The position numbers were made by a program, and so were the translations under genes. A DNA stretch of 37,085 nucleotides from Clostridia bacterium (GTDB lineage: Bacteria; Bacillota; Clostridia; Oscillospirales; CAG-272), in assembly GCA_017453405.1 (NCBI GenBank), contig JAFTKF010000148.1, positions 1 through 37,085 on the forward strand. The letters are read 5' to 3'. Within the stretch, counting starts at the first letter, position 1. The number at the start of each line of letters is the position of its first letter. The notes beneath the pieces were generated by a model. The model had not been told where the DNA came from. It was given only the letters and a program-made list of their open reading frames with translations, and searched no databases. This document shows, one piece after another, positions 31,693 through 37,085 of this stretch.

Positions 31693-34512
31693 TTACTTTT
31701 CGCAAAGGAGATAAATATAGTCTACGCAGCTATCCGCATCGCCTGCCGTGATCACAAAGGTATGGCTTCCTGCCTTCAGATCAAGATACAGACCGTCTCC
31801 GTTCGGCGAATCATACAGACAGGACGGCATGGCACGCAGATCACCGATCGCCTGCGAGCTTTGGTTGGCATTCAGTCGGTTCATACTCTGCTTCAGCTTA
31901 TATTCCGTGCCGTCAACGGAAATCAACTGCGATACATCCTTCTGATAGACACCGCTGCCGATCACGCTGATCAGATATCTGCCATCTTCTGGGACATTGA
32001 TCGTAAAGGTAATGTCGGATTGGCGCGATGCAGAAAGCAGAACGCTCTTTTTGTTTGCCGCACGGGTATCCGCAATGATGCGTGTTCCCGCTCCTCTTAC
32101 CGCGTATTCCGCTTCATATCGGAGAGCAACCGCACCGTCCGTACTGCCCGAAGGTGCCGTTTGCAAAACATCAAAGGCAATCGGATTGCCCATAACGGGC
32201 ATTCCGTTTTCATCCCATTCAATTTTCAGTGCACGGGCACAGCGAGCCTCCTGTTCACCGCTCAGACTTTCGGTATTGCCGTCAAACGCGTGATAGATCA
32301 ACCAATCTTCCTTGCCGTCGGGGGACTTCACCGTGCAGGCGTGACCGGGTGCCAGCGTGTCATCATCCGGAACAAGAGATTTATTGAGAAGAGGTCCTTC
32401 AATTTTGGTCCAGCTGTTCGGATCTAACAGATCACTGCTTTCATCCGCATACAGAGCGCAGACCTGATACCACTGATAATTGGACATATCGGTGGAATAC
32501 AGAACAAACACCTTACCGTTATGACGGAGGATCTGCGGTCCTTCGCAGATCGGGTCGCCGATATCGCACATCTGCTCCCAGCGCGTACCGCCTGCGGGAA
32601 GCTTCACGCGACTGCCCATCAGGGTAACTGCATCTGCCATTTCATTGATGAAAAGCTGCTGGGTCGTTACGCCCTTGGCTTTGTGAGCGGAATAGATGAA
32701 ATACTTGCGATCACCAAGATCAAGCACCGTTCCGTCAAGTGCATAAATATCCTCATTGGGATCAAGCTCCCACGTTTCGGTTGTTTCGTTGTAGACGGTG
32801 GGTCCCATCTGTCCCACCATTTCGTAAGGCGCTTGGGCATTTTCAGGCTCGGTCGAGCGCAGAACAAACATACGGCGGCTGTTCAACGCCTTGGATTTCG
32901 GCGCAAAATACACATACCAGCAACCGTCAACAAAGTGAAGCTCGGGTGCCCAATATTCCGAATAATTCGCGCTATCCGACCAGACGGGGATCAAGGGCGC
33001 GGCACCGATATCCTGCAGACGGCGCGCCTTGGCTATACAGATCTTACCCACCGAGGTCTTCACGTAATAATAATAGCCCTCGTGATAGGTGATATACGGG
33101 TCGGGTGAGGAGGGTACCATAAGAGGATTTTCGAAAAGATCGTCGCGGACGATCACCGTAGCAGAAACCTTTGTGCCGTCGGATGCCGTGCCGTCCACCG
33201 TAAAGCTGCCGGGTGTGGCACATAGCGTGGCGTACTGATCGGCTTTCGGCGTTTCCCACGCCACCGAAAGAGAGGCACTGCCGTTATTGGCAGAGATCAC
33301 CTCGGGCAAGGTCGGACAGTTGCCGATACAGGTAGGGATCTCCAAACGGTCGGGAACGATACTGCCCTTTGGCTTCACCGTTACGGGAACGGTATGCGTA
33401 TATGTCAAAGTTCCCCGCTTCATTTCCAGCGTAAGCGCAATTGAAGTTGCGGCAGTGGGATCGGAAAAAGCGCCGTCATCGCCAAGCACGGCGGAATTAC
33501 TGCTCGTCCATTTCAGCGAATCCAGCGAAAGACTCGAAAAATCCTTTTTGTCGGGCAAGGTGATGCTCTGCATCACCGCATCAAGCTTTGTCATACCATT
33601 AAAGCTTGCCAGTGAAAAGCTCTCGGCGGCGGTTTGCATCAGATCCTTAAAGCCCTGATTGGTCATCAAGGAGATCTCGTCCTCTGTCAAGGCACGGGAA
33701 TATACCTTGAAATCGTCCATATATCCGTAAAAATCATGCATCGCCACACGCTCGGCACGGCCAAGCGTATTTTCGGTCGTAAGACCCAGCGAACGCAATG
33801 CGGAACCCGCATTCACGGATGCTTGCTTCACACCGTCCTCATAGACTGTAAGCGTTCGTCCGTCCTCACCGCTATAGGTAACAACAATATGCTTCCAGGC
33901 ATTCTTGGCAAAGGTCTGCGGAGATTCTGCTTTTTTGGTAGATCCGCTGACTTTCAACATACCGGCATACGTGCTCGTCTCACCCGAAGGCGCAAGAAGA
34001 GCAAAGGATGTGTCGGTTGAGGGGCTGAATACCCATACACGCGTGTTTTTCGTGGCGCGCAGGGGGCAAACCCAGATCGAAACACTGAAATTCTGCACAT
34101 TGGAAAAATCAAGATCGGGCATATCCACATAACCGCCGCTGAAAAACAGCGCATCGCCCCAGACACCGGAAACGGTGTCCATCGTGCCGTAGACACTGCC
34201 GCTTCTGTCATTTCCCGAAACATCGTTCGCCTGTCCGTTTTCAAAGTCATACCAGAGCATAAGCCCTTCCTGAGAAATCGGATCGGTTTGCGGCGGAAGG
34301 GGCTTTTCGGTTGTGATCGGAGCCGTAGTGGTTGCGGGCGTCTCGGTCGTTGTGGGTGTTTTTGTCGTTGTCGGTATTTTTGTCGTTGTGGGTGTCTCGG
34401 TGGTTGTCAGCTCAGATGTATCGCCTCCGCCGCAGGCGACAAAAAGCATCGAAGCCGTACCGAGCAACATCAAAAACGACAAAACTGTTGATAAAAATCG
34501 AATCAAACGCAT
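31693..34512 (-). CDS. Multidomain lipoprotein: Thr/Pro linker, LamG-like domain, Ig-like domains, GH43 catalytic domain, CBM6/35-like domain
   Basis: Start at MRLIRFLSTVLSFLMLLGTASMLFVACGG (ATG at 34510-34512) after RBS AGGGAGG. GH43 motifs: SSPDPYITYHEGYYYYV, WAPELHFVDGCWYVYF, LDGTVLDLGDRKYFIYS, CEGPQILRHNGKVFVLYS. The tail carries YEAEYA, which is CBM-like. Confidence 0.8.
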   Translation of the reverse strand: MRLIRFLSTVLSFLMLLGTASMLFVACGGGDTSELTTTETPTTTKIPTTTKTPTTTETPATTTAPITTEKPLPPQTDPISQEGLMLWYDFENGQANDVSGNDRSGSVYGTMDTVSGVWGDALFFSGGYVDMPDLDFSNVQNFSVSIWVCPLRATKNTRVWVFSPSTDTSFALLAPSGETSTYAGMLKVSGSTKKAESPQTFAKNAWKHIVVTYSGEDGRTLTVYEDGVKQASVNAGSALRSLGLTTENTLGRAERVAMHDFYGYMDDFKVYSRALTEDEISLMTNQGFKDLMQTAAESFSLASFNGMTKLDAVMQSITLPDKKDFSSLSLDSLKWTSSNSAVLGDDGAFSDPTAATSIALTLEMKRGTLTYTHTVPVTVKPKGSIVPDRLEIPTCIGNCPTLPEVISANNGSASLSVAWETPKADQYATLCATPGSFTVDGTASDGTKVSATVIVRDDLFENPLMVPSSPDPYITYHEGYYYYVKTSVGKICIAKARRLQDIGAAPLIPVWSDSANYSEYWAPELHFVDGCWYVYFAPKSKALNSRRMFVLRSTEPENAQAPYEMVGQMGPTVYNETTETWELDPNEDIYALDGTVLDLGDRKYFIYSAHKAKGVTTQQLFINEMADAVTLMGSRVKLPAGGTRWEQMCDIGDPICEGPQILRHNGKVFVLYSTDMSNYQWYQVCALYADESSDLLDPNSWTKIEGPLLNKSLVPDDDTLAPGHACTVKSPDGKEDWLIYHAFDGNTESLSGEQEARCARALKIEWDENGMPVMGNPIAFDVLQTAPSGSTDGAVALRYEAEYAVRGAGTRIIADTRAANKKSVLLSASRQSDITFTINVPEDGRYLISVIGSGVYQKDVSQLISVDGTEYKLKQSMNRLNANQSSQAIGDLRAMPSCLYDSPNGDGLYLDLKAGSHTFVITAGDADSCVDYIYLLCEK
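34337..34408 (-). repeat. 18-bp tandem repeat x4 encoding a (TTT[E/K]xP)n linker
   Basis: Units start at 34337, 34355, 34373 and 34391: ggcgtctcggtcgttgtg / ggtgtttttgtcgttgtc / ggtatttttgtcgttgtg / ggtgtctcggtggttgtc. Confidence 0.85.
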
Positions 34513-34562
34513 TGCAAGATACCTCCCTGAAAACAATAAGAATTGTGTATTCTGTTATGGAT

Positions 34563-34591
34563 AGTATAGCATACCTCCTACTGCTTTTCAA
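34563..34591 (-). promoter_or_regulatory. Promoter TTGAAA-17-TATACT for the GH43 gene
   Basis: On the minus strand, ttgaaa is the complement of 34586-34591 and tatact is the complement of 34563-34568. Confidence 0.65.
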
Positions 34592-34635
34592 TAATTTTTA
34601 CGAATTTTGCAACAATTTTCATAATAATCCGGAAA

Positions 34636-34707
34636 GGCTTTGAAGAAATATCCGGCGAATATTTCTTCAAAGCCTTTGCCCGTGTCGGATGCTTTGATCC
34701 GACACGG
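34636..34707 (-). terminator. Two tandem perfect hairpins downstream of the LRR gene
   Basis: One 16-bp stem: ggctttgaagaaatat (34636-34651) with atatttcttcaaagcc (34659-34674). One 11-bp stem: ccgtgtcggat (34680-34690) with atccgacacgg (34697-34707). U-tracts are weak. Confidence 0.6.
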
Positions 34708-34717
34708 CATAAAAAGA

Positions 34718-35653
34718 TCACTCGATCAGCCCGTCTGTGCAGACAACGGTGTACTGCGGCATACCAAGATCCCATTGCGAAGATTTGTCGATCTTCTCCC
34801 ATTCCGCGCAGGTGCCGCGGTAGGTGATACGGGTAAGCTTTTCACAACCGGCAAAAACACCCCTGCCCAGACTGACCACACTTGCGGGAACGGTGACCTG
34901 CACAAGATTGCGGCATCCGTGGAAGGCGCTGTAGCCAATGACCGTCACGCGATCGGGAACGGTGATCTCTGCTAAGGCAACACAGTCGCGAAAGGTGTTG
35001 CACCCGATATCCGAAAGATTCTCGGGAAGGGTGATCAAGGAAAGGCTGCGGCATCCCCGAAATGCACCGTAGCCGATCAGGCAGACGCTTGCGGGAATCT
35101 CAAGCTCAGAAAGCTGCGTGCAATCCTGAAACGTGCCACTGCCAATATCGGTGATGTGCACGGGGAGAGAAATACGCGAAAGCGCGGTACAGCCCTTGAA
35201 AGCACCAATGCCAATGCGGCGGACACTGTCGGGAATCGTGACCGCCTCCAGGTGCACAGCCCTCGCAAATGCCTCTTTTTCGATGGACTTCACTTCACTC
35301 GGAATGACAACCGATGCCGATGAGCCGATGTACTTCACCAGCGCGTCTTTTTGGATTTCAAAATTCTGATCGTTTGACACAGTACGTTCCCCCTTTTTGG
35401 AATAGACAATTCTTTTAATGGATTCAACAGAAAGAAAGTATTCTTCGGAAAGCGCAAAAACCGAACTGCCGTTTTGGAATTTGGTCTTGATCTCCCGATT
35501 TCGCTTCTCGATCTGCCGTTTATATCCCGATGCTTCTCCCCAGGATCGCCGCGTTTCCTTTGCCGGAATATAGACCGATCTGCCCGACACATATTTCTGT
35601 ATCTGCTTCAGAAGCTTTTCGGGAAAAATATCCTTTCCGTTCGGATGCTTCAT
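34718..35653 (-). CDS. Mor/CD3324-like HTH domain fused to BspA-type leucine-rich repeats (LRR_5)
   Basis: Start at MKHPNGKDIF after RBS AAAGGAGCGGAGG. N-terminal segment: FPEKLLKQIQKYVSGRSVYIPAKETRRSWGEASGYKRQIEKRNREIKTKFQNGSSVFALSEEYFLSVESIKRIVY. About 8 repeats follow, of the form IP.SV..IG..AF..C..L. No signal peptide. Confidence 0.7.
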   Translation of the reverse strand: MKHPNGKDIFPEKLLKQIQKYVSGRSVYIPAKETRRSWGEASGYKRQIEKRNREIKTKFQNGSSVFALSEEYFLSVESIKRIVYSKKGERTVSNDQNFEIQKDALVKYIGSSASVVIPSEVKSIEKEAFARAVHLEAVTIPDSVRRIGIGAFKGCTALSRISLPVHITDIGSGTFQDCTQLSELEIPASVCLIGYGAFRGCRSLSLITLPENLSDIGCNTFRDCVALAEITVPDRVTVIGYSAFHGCRNLVQVTVPASVVSLGRGVFAGCEKLTRITYRGTCAEWEKIDKSSQWDLGMPQYTVVCTDGLIE

Positions 35654-35684
35654 ACCTCCGCTCCTTTCTTCCTTTTGTAAGTCC

Positions 35685-35713
35685 ATTATACCACGGCTGT
35701 CAAAAGAAATCTA
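35685..35713 (-). promoter_or_regulatory. Extended -10 promoter (TGGTATAAT) with a weak -35 (TAGATT)
   Basis: On the minus strand, tataat is the complement of 35685-35690, followed by a 17-nt spacer and tagatt as the complement of 35708-35713. Confidence 0.4.
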
Positions 35714-35794
35714 TAGCAAAAACAATGGAAGAAGTTTTTGAACACCCCTTCAAGCGTGTCTGTATCCGTTTTTGATGCAAGGAAAACCGAGCCT

Positions 35795-37085
35795 TCACCA
35801 AATTTCCTTCAGGGTATGCAGTGTGACGGTAACATCGGGCAATGCCTCGCCGGTCAGGGAAGCTACCGTTAGATAACGGATGCCGTAATCGGCAAGCGAG
35901 CCGATGACCGAATAGACAAAACCGCCGTCAGAGAAGACTTCAAGCCCCAGAACATCCGAAATCAGGCGCAGTGTAATATCGCCGCCCGTATAGGACAGCG
36001 GCATCACCACATCGTGATAGGACAAGGTGTTTTCCGATGGCTTCACCCATAGTTCATAGCCGAAAAAGCGTATCACAAAATCCGCCGTTTCCTTCGGTGC
36101 TTTCACTTCGATCTCATACGGCAAACGGGAGAGTGGATGGCGAAGACCCAAGGAAGAATCAATCGAAAGGCACTCGCTCTTGACCCGAAGCGAGGAAAAT
36201 TCCGCCACGGGAAGGGTGGATAGGCGATAGTCCTCCCCGATGCGATACAGCTTGACCTCGGTGGGAATGCCCATCTGATTTTCAAACACCGATTCAGGCG
36301 CGTGAAGCACATCCCACGCGATCTTGACACGGCGATCGGAAAGACCCGAAAAGGTCTGGGCGGCATAGCTTGTGCGATGACCGTAGAAATAGGGCTTTGA
36401 TTCCTGAGAGGGAACGAAGCGAGAGCCTTTGATATTGCCGACAAGATAGCGATCGGATGCGCCGCTGAATACCCATTTTCTCACATTTTCCTCGTTTTCC
36501 ACCGCAAGCGGATAGAAAGCGGGGCATTCCCCGTCACCCACAAGATGCAGACGCTGAAGCTCGGTGAAATGTAGAAGATCCTCTGAACGAAACAGCGCGT
36601 ATTCATCCCGATCAAGATAGAGTGCCAGAAGATAACAGCCCATTTCCTCACACCACACGACCTTGGGGTCACGGTTGCCGCTTTCAATATGTCCGATCAC
36701 GGGATTGCCCGCGTATTTTTGAAAGGTCACGCCGCCGTCAAGCGAATATGCCATACATTGGGTAAAGGGCTTGCCGTGCGAAATGGCGGAATTGCCACCT
36801 GCCGCGGTATAATAAAGCAGGATCGGATCGTGATCCCCTTCCTTCAGCCCCGTGACATTGCGCGTATCCACGATCGCACTGCCCGAAAACATCGTACCGA
36901 GGCTGTCGGGCTGCAGCGCCGCATACAGCTCCTTCCAGTGCACAAGATCGGTGGAAACGGCGTGTCCCCAAGTCATATTGCCCCAATTGCTGTCGGCAGG
37001 ATTGTGCTGGAAAAACATATGATACCTGCCCTCGGCATACACAAGACCGTTGGGGTCGTTGATCCAGCCAAGCTTCGCGGAAAAA
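35795..37085 (-). CDS. GH32 beta-fructofuranosidase / sucrose-6-phosphate hydrolase-like, partial (5' end runs off the right edge)
   Basis: The frame stays open to 37085 and reads ...GWINDPNGLVYAEGRYHMFFQHNP. Further motifs: WGHAVSTDLVHW, FSGSA, RDPKV, GECP. The track's M at 37042 is internal. Confidence 0.85.
   Translation of the reverse strand, partial: FSAKLGWINDPNGLVYAEGRYHMFFQHNPADSNWGNMTWGHAVSTDLVHWKELYAALQPDSLGTMFSGSAIVDTRNVTGLKEGDHDPILLYYTAAGGNSAISHGKPFTQCMAYSLDGGVTFQKYAGNPVIGHIESGNRDPKVVWCEEMGCYLLALYLDRDEYALFRSEDLLHFTELQRLHLVGDGECPAFYPLAVENEENVRKWVFSGASDRYLVGNIKGSRFVPSQESKPYFYGHRTSYAAQTFSGLSDRRVKIAWDVLHAPESVFENQMGIPTEVKLYRIGEDYRLSTLPVAEFSSLRVKSECLSIDSSLGLRHPLSRLPYEIEVKAPKETADFVIRFFGYELWVKPSENTLSYHDVVMPLSYTGGDITLRLISDVLGLEVFSDGGFVYSVIGSLADYGIRYLTVASLTGEALPDVTVTLHTLKEIW

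Noticed and set aside
1-37085. Search for tRNA, rRNA, riboswitch, CRISPR, IS or prophage signatures
   Set aside because: I recognised none by eye. Absence is not proof, so tRNAscan-SE, Infernal/Rfam and ISfinder searches should be run.

Overview
This is a 37-kb window of mostly high-GC DNA. Hand-sampled 60-nt lines give about 57% GC, except the first ~1 kb, where sampled lines give 25-40%. The window looks like a Gram-positive, Clostridia-type gut anaerobe, judged from GGAGG ribosome-binding sites, lipobox lipoproteins, Thr/Pro-rich linkers, and Listeria-Bacteroides repeat, cohesin and BspA-LRR modules. That taxonomic guess is inference only. I support 26 protein-coding features: 2 run off the window edges, 1 is interrupted by an in-frame TGA, and 1 is a 45-codon micro-ORF absent from the ORF track. 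Many promoters are near-consensus TTGACA-17-TATACT, and I used them to correct several longest-ORF start codons. I recognised no rRNA, tRNA, CRISPR array, transposase or integrase.

About half the window is a carbohydrate-active-enzyme island: GH5, a double esterase (SASA plus SGNH), an (alpha/alpha)6 glycoside hydrolase, two GH78 rhamnosidases, a multidomain GH43, a GH32 and an SGNH esterase.

The candidates most worth follow-up, in order:
1. 20831-25011: one 979-aa protein reading protein kinase, NACHT (STAND) NTPase, transmembrane helix, then an extracytoplasmic domain. It is translationally coupled to a lipoprotein. The pair is flanked by a perfect 25-bp direct repeat and sits between an unassignable 407-aa protein and an operon of paralogous small membrane proteins.
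2. 4940-5947: a monocistronic TIR-domain protein with a degenerate guanylate-kinase-like N-domain.
3. 2133-4108: an ECF-type sigma factor translationally coupled to a membrane-anchored serpin.
4. A repeated, structured 3'-UTR element (two copies) with compensatory base changes and 39-bp tandem units, embedded in three mosaic, repeat-laden long intergenic regions.

All domain calls come from reading motifs by eye; no database search was run.
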